Shown here: positions 29,669-38,634 of the stretch, one piece after another | How positions within the stretch are numbered: the first letter of the stretch is position 1 | Layout: every line of letters starts with the position of its first letter | Assembly (NCBI GenBank): GCA_965223505.1 | Contig: CBDCWP010000013.1 | Location: 192,001 to 256,000, forward strand | Source of the DNA: Planctomycetota bacterium | GTDB lineage: Bacteria; Planctomycetota; PLA2; JAEUHO01 | Direction of reading: 5' to 3' | Length of the DNA stretch: 64,000 bases | Position numbers and translations under genes: made by a program | Notes under the pieces: generated by a model | Database searches by the model: none | Told to the model about the DNA's origin: nothing | What the model saw: only the letters and a program-made list of their open reading frames with translations

Positions 29669-30106
29669 TCATGTCCGCTTGAGAAAAATCTCATCGCAGT
29701 GATACCCCGCCACCTCCTGATCGTGCTGGTTGCGAATCGAAAAATTCATGTGGACATAGCCGCGCTCCGGGCGCGTTTTGGATTCGCGCTTGTTCGTAAT
29801 GGTAATCTCACAGCGCAACGTGTCGCCTGGGCGCACCGGGCGGCTCCAGTGCGCGTCTTCAAGTCCCCCGGCCCCCTGACCGCCGCCCTGAAACAGCCCG
29901 AGCCGAACCACGGCTCCAAACGCCGCCGAGTAGACGTGCCAGCCGCTGGCGATAAGGCCGCCGTAGATCGATTCTTTGGCTGCGGCTTCGTCCACGTGAA
30001 AGGGTTGCGGGTCATAGGTTTGAGCGAAGGCGATGATTTGCTCGGCGCTAAAGCTAAATGGCTCGGTCGTATAGCTCTGACCGGCTTCAAAGTCTTCGTA
30101 GAACAT
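29669..30106 (-). CDS. MaoC-family dehydratase
   Basis: FAQTYDPQPFHVD, GLIASGWH, PVRPGDTL. Confidence 0.9.
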   Translation of the reverse strand: MFYEDFEAGQSYTTEPFSFSAEQIIAFAQTYDPQPFHVDEAAAKESIYGGLIASGWHVYSAAFGAVVRLGLFQGGGQGAGGLEDAHWSRPVRPGDTLRCEITITNKRESKTRPERGYVHMNFSIRNQHDQEVAGYHCDEIFLKRT

Positions 30107-30152
30107 CGCTTGCCTTTCGCGTGTTGATGGCGCCAGCGGTGCAGCGGATCAA

Positions 30153-31733
30153 TTAACTGCCGCCGCGCCGCAGATGCCGGGCCGCGGCGCGGGCGACGCG
30201 TTGCCCATCCATGGCGGCGGAGACAATGCCGCCAGCATAGCCCGCGCCCTCACCGCAGGGAAACAGTCCGGCTAGCTCCGGGTGCATGAGGCTGTCGGCA
30301 TGCCGGGGGATGCGGACGGGAGAACTCGTGCGGCTCTCCGTGCCGATAACGACGGCGTCGCGGGTTAGATAGCCTCGCATTTTTTGCTCAAATTGCGGCA
30401 CGGCCTGACATAATCGTTGGTACACAAAATCCGGCAAGAGACGATGCAACGGCGCGGCGAACAACCCTGGGATGTAGGAACTGTTGGGCAGGTCTTGCGA
30501 CAGCTTGCCCGCGATAAAATCGACCAGGCGTTGCGCCGGCGCTTTCTGCCCGCCATCTCCGGCGATGAACATCTCCTGCTCGACGCGCGCCTGAAAGGCC
30601 ACGCCGGCGAGCGGATCATCAGCCCCCCCGGCTAAATCCCCTGCCTCAATGCCCACCACAGCGCCGGCGTTGGCGTGGGCCGAGTCGCGGCGCGATAGCG
30701 ACATGCCATTGACCACGATCTCGCCTGGCGCCGTGGCGGCCGGCACCACGAGACCGCCCGGACACATGCAAAATGAAAAGACGCCCTTGCCGCCTACCTG
30801 GCAGGAGAGGGCGTAGCTGGCGGCTGGTAAATGCTGGCTGCGCGGCGATTGCTTGTATTGGATCTCGTCAATGAGCGCTTGGGGGTGCTCGATGCGCACG
30901 CCCAGGGCGAACGGTTTGAACGCTATCGCCAGATGATGGCGGCGCAGCATGTCAAAAACGTCGCGGGCTGAGTGGCCAGTGGCCAGGATGAGGGCGTCGC
31001 CCGCATGGAATTGATCCTCGCCCCAGCGAATGCCGCGCAGGCGGCCGTCTTCGAGCACCAAGTCGGTGACGTGGGCATTAAAATGGACCACGCCGCCGAA
31101 CGCCTCGATTGTCTCCCGCAGGCTGCTCACAATGCGCGGCAGGCGGTTGGAGCCGATGTGGGGATGGGCGTCGACGAGGATGTCGGGATCGGCGCCGTGC
31201 TCGACGAGCCAGCGCAGCACCGTGTCGATACTGCCGCGCTTATGCGAGCGGGTGTAGAGCTTGCCGTCGGAATACGTCCCCGCCCCGCCTTCGCCAAAGC
31301 AGTAGTTGGAATGCGGATTGACGACGCCAAATTGCTGGATGTCGCGCAGCGCCCGGCGGCGCGAGCGCACATCCTGGCCGCGCTCGAAAATGACGGGCCG
31401 CAGCCCCAGTCCGATGAGTTCCAAAGCGGCGAAATAGCCGGCCGGCCCGGCTCCGACAATCATCACCTCAGGGGCGTTGAAGACCGGTCGCAAGTTGGAC
31501 TTGAGCGCCTCAGGCGGCGCTAGGGGCTGCTCCCTAACGCGGATGCGCAACTGCACGACCGCTCTCCGGCCGCGCGCGTCGATCGATCGCCTTTCAATGC
31601 GGTAATAGCCGATGTCTTCGACCATCATGCCCATCCGGTCAGCTATGGCCGTAGCGATGGCGTCCGCGTCACGCGCTGACTCTGGGGATAGCCGAATATC
31701 GATCGTTTGGTCCATAGCCGTTATATCACCCAA
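30153..31733 (-). CDS. Uncharacterised FAD-dependent dehydrogenase
   Basis: VGAGPAG, FGEGGAGTYSDGKL, FCMCPGG, GEGAGYAGGIVSAA. Confidence 0.88.
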   Translation of the reverse strand: MGDITAMDQTIDIRLSPESARDADAIATAIADRMGMMVEDIGYYRIERRSIDARGRRAVVQLRIRVREQPLAPPEALKSNLRPVFNAPEVMIVGAGPAGYFAALELIGLGLRPVIFERGQDVRSRRRALRDIQQFGVVNPHSNYCFGEGGAGTYSDGKLYTRSHKRGSIDTVLRWLVEHGADPDILVDAHPHIGSNRLPRIVSSLRETIEAFGGVVHFNAHVTDLVLEDGRLRGIRWGEDQFHAGDALILATGHSARDVFDMLRRHHLAIAFKPFALGVRIEHPQALIDEIQYKQSPRSQHLPAASYALSCQVGGKGVFSFCMCPGGLVVPAATAPGEIVVNGMSLSRRDSAHANAGAVVGIEAGDLAGGADDPLAGVAFQARVEQEMFIAGDGGQKAPAQRLVDFIAGKLSQDLPNSSYIPGLFAAPLHRLLPDFVYQRLCQAVPQFEQKMRGYLTRDAVVIGTESRTSSPVRIPRHADSLMHPELAGLFPCGEGAGYAGGIVSAAMDGQRVARAAARHLRRGGS

Positions 31734-31800
31734 CGGGCTTCTCTATCCAACTGCGCCTAAACGAGGATAAACCCTTGTCGAATGGCGCTCCCTCAGCCTT

Positions 31801-32103
31801 TCACGGTCTCTTACGGTCAAAAGGCGAGAGCGGCTCTTTCTGCCGATCATCTTCAATGGCATTGCGCCACCAGTAATTGCGATCCGCCTCTCGCTCATAG
31901 GCGTCTAAAGACCCGTTCAGCTTGTCGCGCTCGGCGTCGCACTGGGCGCTTGTCCCTCCGGACCGTTGCACACATCGATCATATTCATCCCTCGCGTTCA
32001 AATATGCGTTGTAGGCCGTTGTCGAGCACCCGGCGCTCAGCAGCGCAACCAGCGCCATTACACCCCAAATCAGAGTTTTCAATCTCACGTCTTGCATCTC
32101 CAT
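31801..32103 (-). CDS. Small hypothetical lipoprotein
   Basis: Signal peptide with LSAG-C lipobox; GAGG RBS. Confidence 0.6.
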   Translation of the reverse strand: MEMQDVRLKTLIWGVMALVALLSAGCSTTAYNAYLNARDEYDRCVQRSGGTSAQCDAERDKLNGSLDAYEREADRNYWWRNAIEDDRQKEPLSPFDRKRP

Positions 32104-32216
32104 CCTCAGCCATTCTCAACGCCTCCCCGCTACGTTGAATTATACGCAAATACACGGCATCATAGAAGCTGCACACTGATTATTTATGCAAGCATGCGGA
32201 ACGCAAAGGAGCAGAC

Positions 32217-33014
32217 ATGTCTGAAGGGAAAATCGCCATTGTAACCGGCGCCGGACGCGGCATCGGCAAAGCGACCGCCTTGGCGCTGGCCAAACAGGGA
32301 ATTGGCGTGGCGGCGGTCGACATCGCGGGGGAAACGGCCGAGCAGACCGCGGCCGAGGTGGGGCAGATGGGCGTCCCGAGTCTGGCGGCGACTGTGGACG
32401 TGGCCGATTCGGCGCAAGTCGACGCCATGGTCGAGCGTGTCGCGCAAGTGCTCGGACGCGTGGATATGCTGGTCAACAACGCCTATATCTCGGGCGGCTA
32501 CGCCCCTGTGCCCGAGACCACGGACGAGGTCTGGCAGCGGGTATTGGGCGTCAATCTCACCGGTTTTTTTAACTGCGCCCGCGCCGTGTCGCGCGTCATG
32601 ATCGCGCAAGGCGAGGGCGGCGCCATCGTCAACATGTCCTCGGGTGCCGGCATTCGCGGCAGTATTTCGGCCGGGGTGCAGTATACAGCCTCTAAAGCCG
32701 GGATTATCGGACTCACCAAGGGTCTCGCGGCTGACCTATCGCCGCACGGCATTCGCGTCAATTGCATTGCCCCAGGGGTCATCGATACGGGCTTGGGCGC
32801 GCCGGGCACGGGGTGGACGCGGGCGGAATTAGAGCGCTATGGGCAGCGCGACGTAGCCCTCGGGCGCTACGGGCAACCTGAGGACATCGCCGACGTCATC
32901 GTGTTTTTGCTCTCCGACGCCTCCCGCTTTATGACGGGTGAGTTAATCGCGGTGGACGGCGGCGCCAGCCTTGGGCACCGCCGTAAAAAAGAGATTTCGC
33001 CCGATGGAGCCTGA
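32217..33014 (+). CDS. Short-chain dehydrogenase/reductase
   Basis: TGAGRGIG, NNA, YTASK. Confidence 0.92.
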   Translation: MSEGKIAIVTGAGRGIGKATALALAKQGIGVAAVDIAGETAEQTAAEVGQMGVPSLAATVDVADSAQVDAMVERVAQVLGRVDMLVNNAYISGGYAPVPETTDEVWQRVLGVNLTGFFNCARAVSRVMIAQGEGGAIVNMSSGAGIRGSISAGVQYTASKAGIIGLTKGLAADLSPHGIRVNCIAPGVIDTGLGAPGTGWTRAELERYGQRDVALGRYGQPEDIADVIVFLLSDASRFMTGELIAVDGGASLGHRRKKEISPDGA

Positions 33015-33023
33015 AGATAACGC

Positions 33024-33533
33024 CTAATGCACGTGTGTTGCCGCCGAGGCGCTTTTCATTGTGTCGGCTAAGACGGTGTACGTCACGGTCCATGCCTCTT
33101 TCACCTCAGGGGTAAACGCCTCGCCCAAGCCTTGTTCTAGGGTCCAGAGCAAGGCGGCCCCGACAGTGTCGTACTGACTCTCTTGAACCCCATAGTCGAC
33201 ATGGCGCACGCCCAGCGCCTCAACGGCGGGCACGATCGTCTCAAGCCGGTTGAGTCCTTGCACCGCCACATCGATCATCTGCATGAGCTTGCTTTTTTGC
33301 TCTTCGATATCCACGTTGGCAAACAGCGCCTGGACGCTCGGATCCAGTTCGAATAGTTTATTGTAGAAGAGAGTAGCGGCCTGGCCGGAAATAGGCTCGA
33401 CGCTTTGCCAGGTCGACTGCACCAGTTCAACCTGCCGCGCTGAGATGGGGCCTTCGGGCTCCGAGTCAAAGGCGGGCATCGACGCCGTATTGGCGGGACG
33501 AAACAGGTTGCGTAAGAATGACATGAGGCTCAT
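33024..33533 (-). CDS. Single-domain globin (bacterial hemoglobin)
   Basis: FYNKLFELDP, LF, Q(E7), LGVRHVDYGV, YDTVGAALL, AW. Confidence 0.92.
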   Translation of the reverse strand: MSLMSFLRNLFRPANTASMPAFDSEPEGPISARQVELVQSTWQSVEPISGQAATLFYNKLFELDPSVQALFANVDIEEQKSKLMQMIDVAVQGLNRLETIVPAVEALGVRHVDYGVQESQYDTVGAALLWTLEQGLGEAFTPEVKEAWTVTYTVLADTMKSASAATHVH

Positions 33534-33616
33534 AGCATGCTCCTGATAGTTGAGATCGATATCACTCGCCGTTGGGATGCGGGGCCTTGGCTAAGCCGAC
33601 GCCCCCGATCGTCGTG

Positions 33617-34222
33617 TTAGGACTTGGATAGTGGGATGCGAATGACCACGCCGCCCATGACCTCGCCGATTTTGAAATCGTTGCGGGGGCTGTCTTTGTG
33701 ATCGTTGTGGCAATCCACACAGGCTGGGGCGACGGCCATGTCGGCGTAGACCGCCGTGTAATAGGTCGTGTCGCCCAACTTCTCTTCGCCGTAGTAGTTT
33801 TCGCCCAGGTTCTCCGCGACGAACTGGAGTCCTTCTTTCTCCACTTTAGTTTTGGGTTTGTTTTGTTTGTTGACGGGCCACATGGAAAGTAAGGAGTAGG
33901 TAAAACCCACGTTTTTCTCCGTGACCATTTCCGCGCCCATGCGAAACATCTGCGCCGGCAAGGGGAGGGCTTTTTCATCTTGCCAATGCTCGCTGGCCTT
34001 GATGACCTTATCGTCTTTCACGAGACGATTGACAACTTTGCGGGTGTAAACGGTGCGATCAGATTCCATGACCGCATGTAACGCATCGGCCATTTTTTGG
34101 GGCGAGATGCCGCTAGGCGCCGCCGACGTGTCGGAGCCGCACCCTTGCATGAGCATGCCGCAGGCAACCAAACCGCAAATACTTATTCCCAGTAACCACA
34201 TTCTGACGTTCATCAATCTCAT
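33617..34222 (-). CDS. DUF3365/Tll0287-like mono-heme c exported protein
   Basis: Signal peptide with possible lipobox (MQGC), LPLPAQM, ACVDCH, GEVMGGVVIRIP. Confidence 0.8.
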   Translation of the reverse strand: MRLMNVRMWLLGISICGLVACGMLMQGCGSDTSAAPSGISPQKMADALHAVMESDRTVYTRKVVNRLVKDDKVIKASEHWQDEKALPLPAQMFRMGAEMVTEKNVGFTYSLLSMWPVNKQNKPKTKVEKEGLQFVAENLGENYYGEEKLGDTTYYTAVYADMAVAPACVDCHNDHKDSPRNDFKIGEVMGGVVIRIPLSKS

Positions 34223-34287
34223 CTCTCCTGCTTCAAGCCGCGTGTCTGACCATGTTATGAGGAACCGGCATGATTAGGTTTTGCGCA

Positions 34288-35649
34288 TTAATTGTCCTCC
34301 TTTTTCGTCTTGCGAAGCCGTTCCGCTTCGACGCGCCGCATGGCCCAATCGATACTTTCGATATGGATGCCGGGACGCCCGGTAAAATTCCGCGCCACCA
34401 GCTTGTCGTCGGCCAGGGCGTCGATCGAAAAACGCAGGCCATGGCAGTTCATACAGACGCTGCGAATCATCTTTTCGTTCGGGCGCAAGTTGTCGTTTTG
34501 ATTGTGTTGCACCACGACTCGGGTCTCACCCCCTTGCGCGATTTGCGCCCTGGGCAAATGGCAGGTGGCGCATGAAACGCCGCTGTTGGCAGCGCCAATT
34601 CCCGCAAGCTCGTTTTGCCATAACTGGTGGTGTTTCGAATCGGGATAGGCGCGGGTGTGCGCGTCGTCATGGCAGCCCATACAGGCTTTGACCGCAGCGC
34701 GGCGGGTGTCGAAGGTGTGAGCGGCATGACACGACATGCAGGTCAAGGATTGGTCTGACGCATCGCGCTTCATGGCGATGCGCGCCATGCCCGGCGTCAT
34801 GGGCGGCAGGTCTTGGGCCAGGCGCATGCCGTGATGACCTAGGAGAAAGCCATCGTGTTCGGCTTGGTGGCAAGAGGCGCAGACCGCGAGGCTCGGGCGC
34901 TCGACCCACTGAGAGCCGGTTGCCGCATTGACGTGGCAGTCTTGACAATTCACCCCGCCTCGCGCATGGGCCGTCTCAGCCCATGCCGTGAGCAGCTCGG
35001 GCTGATAGGCGTGATGGGCGGGGCCGTTGTGCTGGGTTACCGACAATGGACGCGCCGCGTCGGGGTGCTCCTGGCGATAGCGCCCCGCAAAATCGCGCGC
35101 CGGGTTTAAGACGGCAGTGGCAAGATTGGGGCTATTCGCATGTTTGACTAAAAAATCCTCATACAGCGCGCGGTTGTCGTGGAAATTGTGGCAGCCCGAC
35201 GAGGCGCAACTTTGAAAGCTCAGGCCAGCATGGCTTGGGCGCTCTTTGCCAAGATCGGCGTGGCAGCGGAAGCAATAATCCTCGGGCATGGTCACGCCAA
35301 CCGGGCGCGTCAGCTCGGGTTCGTGCTCGCGGTGACAGGTAATGCAGAGGCGGGCGTCGAGAGCCGCGACGCGGTCGGCGTTGCGCGGATCGAGAAATTT
35401 TTTGGGTGGATGCGAATCATCCGCCGCTTCGAGTTCCTGGGCATGACACGCCAGGCACGCATCTTGTTTAACGCCGCGCATGGGAGTGTGGCAGACATCG
35501 CACTTGACTTCGATCTGATAGTGGCCGTGACTGGTCTCGCCGGGCAAAAACACTTCGGCGGTTTCATCCCGCTGCATGGCCCAACCCAAATAGGCCGCCA
35601 GGCAGAGGGAGCCGAGCAGCCATAGGGTCCAGAGGGTTCGCTTCGTCAT
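34288..35649 (-). CDS. Membrane-anchored multiheme cytochrome c (10 CxxCH + 1 Cx4CH)
   Basis: N-terminal TM or signal helix (start MTKRTLW); heme motifs counted in the translation. Confidence 0.9.
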   Translation of the reverse strand: MTKRTLWTLWLLGSLCLAAYLGWAMQRDETAEVFLPGETSHGHYQIEVKCDVCHTPMRGVKQDACLACHAQELEAADDSHPPKKFLDPRNADRVAALDARLCITCHREHEPELTRPVGVTMPEDYCFRCHADLGKERPSHAGLSFQSCASSGCHNFHDNRALYEDFLVKHANSPNLATAVLNPARDFAGRYRQEHPDAARPLSVTQHNGPAHHAYQPELLTAWAETAHARGGVNCQDCHVNAATGSQWVERPSLAVCASCHQAEHDGFLLGHHGMRLAQDLPPMTPGMARIAMKRDASDQSLTCMSCHAAHTFDTRRAAVKACMGCHDDAHTRAYPDSKHHQLWQNELAGIGAANSGVSCATCHLPRAQIAQGGETRVVVQHNQNDNLRPNEKMIRSVCMNCHGLRFSIDALADDKLVARNFTGRPGIHIESIDWAMRRVEAERLRKTKKEDN

Positions 35650-35666
35650 GGTCCGCCGGGTCCGTC

Positions 35667-37709
35667 TCAGTAGTAGTAAACCGCCAAAATGTGAAATGCT
35701 AACAACACGGGCAGTGGCCAAAACAACAAGAGGTGCGCCCAAGTCGCCAGGGGCCGCCACCGTCGCGCCCATTGGGCCAAGCGGCCGCTGCCTTTACCCT
35801 CAACCGCCGCCACCCAACCGGCAAAAGCGCCCAATAGGTTGAGAGCGACAAAGATGTTCATGAGGGCGAAATTGAGATTGCTGCCAAATCGCAGGCCGGT
35901 GTGCGCCGTCAGCCCGATCAAGGCGCTGCAGCCCAGGACGGCGTGCGCGGTGCGCCAGGAGCGAAAGGCGCCTAGTGAAAACCGCGGCCAGCGCTTGCGC
36001 AGAGACAGTCCCAACGCCGCGGCGCTAAGGCCCAGCAAGACATAGCCCGTGGTTTGTTTGGTGGCGCTCTGCCGCCGGAAGGCCTCGATGTCATGCCACC
36101 AATGTTGGATGGAATCGGGAATCGGCAGCGGCGGCAATGTGGTAAGAAGCGCTACGATGATGAGGGCCGCCGCAGCGGTCCATTTCAGAGCGCGCGATGA
36201 TGGCTTCGACGTGTTCATCGCCGATAGCGCCGGATCGGTCAGCTCGACCAATAAGGGCTGACATGAACCACAAAGCGTCGAGGCGCTAGTCGCTTTTGCC
36301 AGCGCCCCGGCGGACATAGCCCCGGCGCGCTGCGCCGCCACCAGCGTTCCCTTTGTAACCTTGAAGCAATTGCACACCAAACGATCATCAGGCCACGCCG
36401 AGATGGGCTGCACGCTGTCTGGCCAGAGATTACCTTCCTTCTGAAACCGGCTCAGATGCCGCTTGCCGACTCGATACTCGTCCTGCACGGCAGTTTGAAT
36501 TTGCCCGATCTGATTCCACGAGCCGACGGAGAGAGCGCCGACCAGGCGTCCCTGACGAATCGCGAGCTTGCGGTAGACGCCGTTGCAGCGATAGGTGCAG
36601 ACGTCGTTCGGCTGCAGGTAATCGCCGATCACCGAGACGTCCACCCCCAGCAATTTGAGACGCGTGGAGAGATCGGCGCCCGTAAACGCCGCAGGTTTAC
36701 CCATGAAGCCATCGGCCGCCACATCGGCCATGGCGTAAGCCGGCGCTGCGAGACCGAAGACCTGTCCGCTATAGGAGGCGCATTCGCCAATGGCGTAAAT
36801 ATTCGGGTCTGAGGTCTGCAAGTGATCGTCAACAATCGCCGCGCCGCGCGAGGTGCAGGCCAAACCAGCATCTACCGCTAGCTCTCCCCTTGGCGTAATG
36901 CCTGCGGACACCACCACCATGTCGACAGCCATCGACTCGTGTTCGCGAAAGTGCAGGACCAGCTTGTCTTGGCATGTTTCGATGCGGCTGGTTTGACGTC
37001 CCAATAAAACATTAACCCCAGACCTTCCCACCTCCTCTAGCAGTAGGGCTGCGCCTTCGGGGTCGAGCTGACGCGGCATGAGGTAATCAGCCATTTCAAC
37101 CACGGTGGTCTCAAGCCCGAGGTCGAGTAAGGCCCGCGCCGCCTCTAGGCCTAGGAGCCCACCGCCTACGACGGCGGCGCTGCGAACGGATTGACTCCGC
37201 GTGAGGATAGCCTGCAAATCGTGGAGCGTGCGGTACACAAACACGCCATCCTGATGCGCGCCATCGATCGCCGGCACGAAGGGATGCGAACCGGTGGCGA
37301 GAACCAGGTGATCATAGTGAACCAAGGCGCCGTGGGACGTGTGCAGGAGGTGCTGGACCGGATCAATTTTGGTGATCGCCTCGTCTAGGCGCAGATCAAT
37401 GCCATGCTCCCGGTACCAACTCGGATCATCCAAAAGCAAGTTAGCGGGCTCCCGGGTGCGAAAAAAGTCAGTCAGCCTAACGCGATCGTAGGGCGGGCTC
37501 GGTTCATCGCAGAATAAAAGGAGGCGATAGCGCCGCATGCCGCCTTTGGCGACAAGCTGATGGCAAAATCGATGCGCCGCCATGCCGCCTCCGACGACGA
37601 CGATCATGGGAAATGGGGGAGAGGGCGACGCAGGATCGGTGTCGCGGCGACCGGACAGGTAATTTGTGATAGCCCGTATGATGTTGATAATGTGTCTCAT
37701 AAGCGACAT
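35667..37709 (-). CDS. NirB-like NAD(P)H/FAD oxidoreductase with BFD-like [2Fe-2S] and C-terminal His-containing TM domain; no siroheme domain
   Basis: VVGGGMA, LATGS, GGGLLGLEAA, YAIGEC, LKLLGVDV, VCNC...CGSC, then TM helices with two H-x13-H pairs. Start uncertain (37709, 37700 or 37607). Confidence 0.85.
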   Translation of the reverse strand: MSLMRHIINIIRAITNYLSGRRDTDPASPSPPFPMIVVVGGGMAAHRFCHQLVAKGGMRRYRLLLFCDEPSPPYDRVRLTDFFRTREPANLLLDDPSWYREHGIDLRLDEAITKIDPVQHLLHTSHGALVHYDHLVLATGSHPFVPAIDGAHQDGVFVYRTLHDLQAILTRSQSVRSAAVVGGGLLGLEAARALLDLGLETTVVEMADYLMPRQLDPEGAALLLEEVGRSGVNVLLGRQTSRIETCQDKLVLHFREHESMAVDMVVVSAGITPRGELAVDAGLACTSRGAAIVDDHLQTSDPNIYAIGECASYSGQVFGLAAPAYAMADVAADGFMGKPAAFTGADLSTRLKLLGVDVSVIGDYLQPNDVCTYRCNGVYRKLAIRQGRLVGALSVGSWNQIGQIQTAVQDEYRVGKRHLSRFQKEGNLWPDSVQPISAWPDDRLVCNCFKVTKGTLVAAQRAGAMSAGALAKATSASTLCGSCQPLLVELTDPALSAMNTSKPSSRALKWTAAAALIIVALLTTLPPLPIPDSIQHWWHDIEAFRRQSATKQTTGYVLLGLSAAALGLSLRKRWPRFSLGAFRSWRTAHAVLGCSALIGLTAHTGLRFGSNLNFALMNIFVALNLLGAFAGWVAAVEGKGSGRLAQWARRWRPLATWAHLLLFWPLPVLLAFHILAVYYY

Positions 37710-37768
37710 GCAGCCGTGTTTTTCTAGCAGCTCAGACAAAAAGGTAACAACGCACGCGTATCGCTTGG

Positions 37769-37784
37769 GCAAGATGTATGCCAA
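37769..37784 (-). promoter_or_regulatory. Sigma-54 (-24/-12) promoter of the NirB-like/cytochrome/globin operon
   Basis: Minus strand TTGGCATACATCTTGC with exact GG-N10-GC spacing. Confidence 0.72.
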
Positions 37785-38094
37785 ACGCGCCGCCCATGGC
37801 GTCCAAGATTTTCAAGGCTTTATAAAATAATTAGTTAGACGGAGGGCAAAGCGACGACTAGGCGGGGCAAGACCCACCGATGTGACTTGTGGCACAGTTG
37901 TGCTGGGCAGTTTCAGACGAATTTGTGCAGTTTGCATAGCAGTTCATACCATATGGTATGAACAACATCCAGAGCAGTAACTGCAGTGATGATAAAGACT
38001 GATCCAGAAGATGATTCAGCCTTTGTCATCACGAACAATTTTGTACGCAATTTTTTGATTTGCGACAAATTCGTTTTTGAAGGCGGGATTGTAT

Positions 38095-38589
38095 CTAGGC
38101 AAAAAGCTCGCGCGGCAGCCATAAGTGGAGCAGCTCTCCAGTGGTGTCGTCCTGCAGCTCCTGCCACGACTCGATCGGCAGGCGGATCACGGCCAGCGCC
38201 GCAGTGGGAAACGCCCGCGCCACGCCTGTCATCGCTTCCACGAGGTTGGCGAGCCCAGGGTTGTGCCCCACGATCATGACGCGCGCATGCGCCTGGGCAT
38301 GCGTCCGAATGGCTTGGAAATAGGCGCCTGGGGGCGCGAGATACAGGCTCCTGTCGTAGTGGATGTCGCCCGTGTAGGCCATGGCTTTCGCCGCTCTTTT
38401 CACCGTGCTTCTGGCGCGTTTCGCGGTTGAACTCAGGATCAGATCCGGCGCGGCGTTTTGCTCGGCAATCCACTGCCCCATGCGCGGCGCGGTCTGCTTG
38501 CCGCGCTTGTTGAGCGGGCGATCATGATCGTCGATGGCGTCGCCGCCCCAGCTCGATTTGGCGTGGCGAAAGACGAGTAGGGTTTTCAT
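38095..38589 (-). CDS. sixA: SixA-like phosphohistidine phosphatase
   Basis: RHAKSSW, DHDRPL, SSTAKRA, VGHNP. Confidence 0.85.
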   Translation of the reverse strand: MKTLLVFRHAKSSWGGDAIDDHDRPLNKRGKQTAPRMGQWIAEQNAAPDLILSSTAKRARSTVKRAAKAMAYTGDIHYDRSLYLAPPGAYFQAIRTHAQAHARVMIVGHNPGLANLVEAMTGVARAFPTAALAVIRLPIESWQELQDDTTGELLHLWLPRELFA

Positions 38590-38634
38590 GGCGTGTGCTC
38601 CCTGTAATCTATGGAATGTGTCTCGCAACTCGCT

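Noticed and set aside
35667..37784. Calling this gene nirB (assimilatory nitrite reductase)
   Set aside because: No siroheme/[4Fe-4S] domain and no nirD; the C-terminus is a membrane domain.
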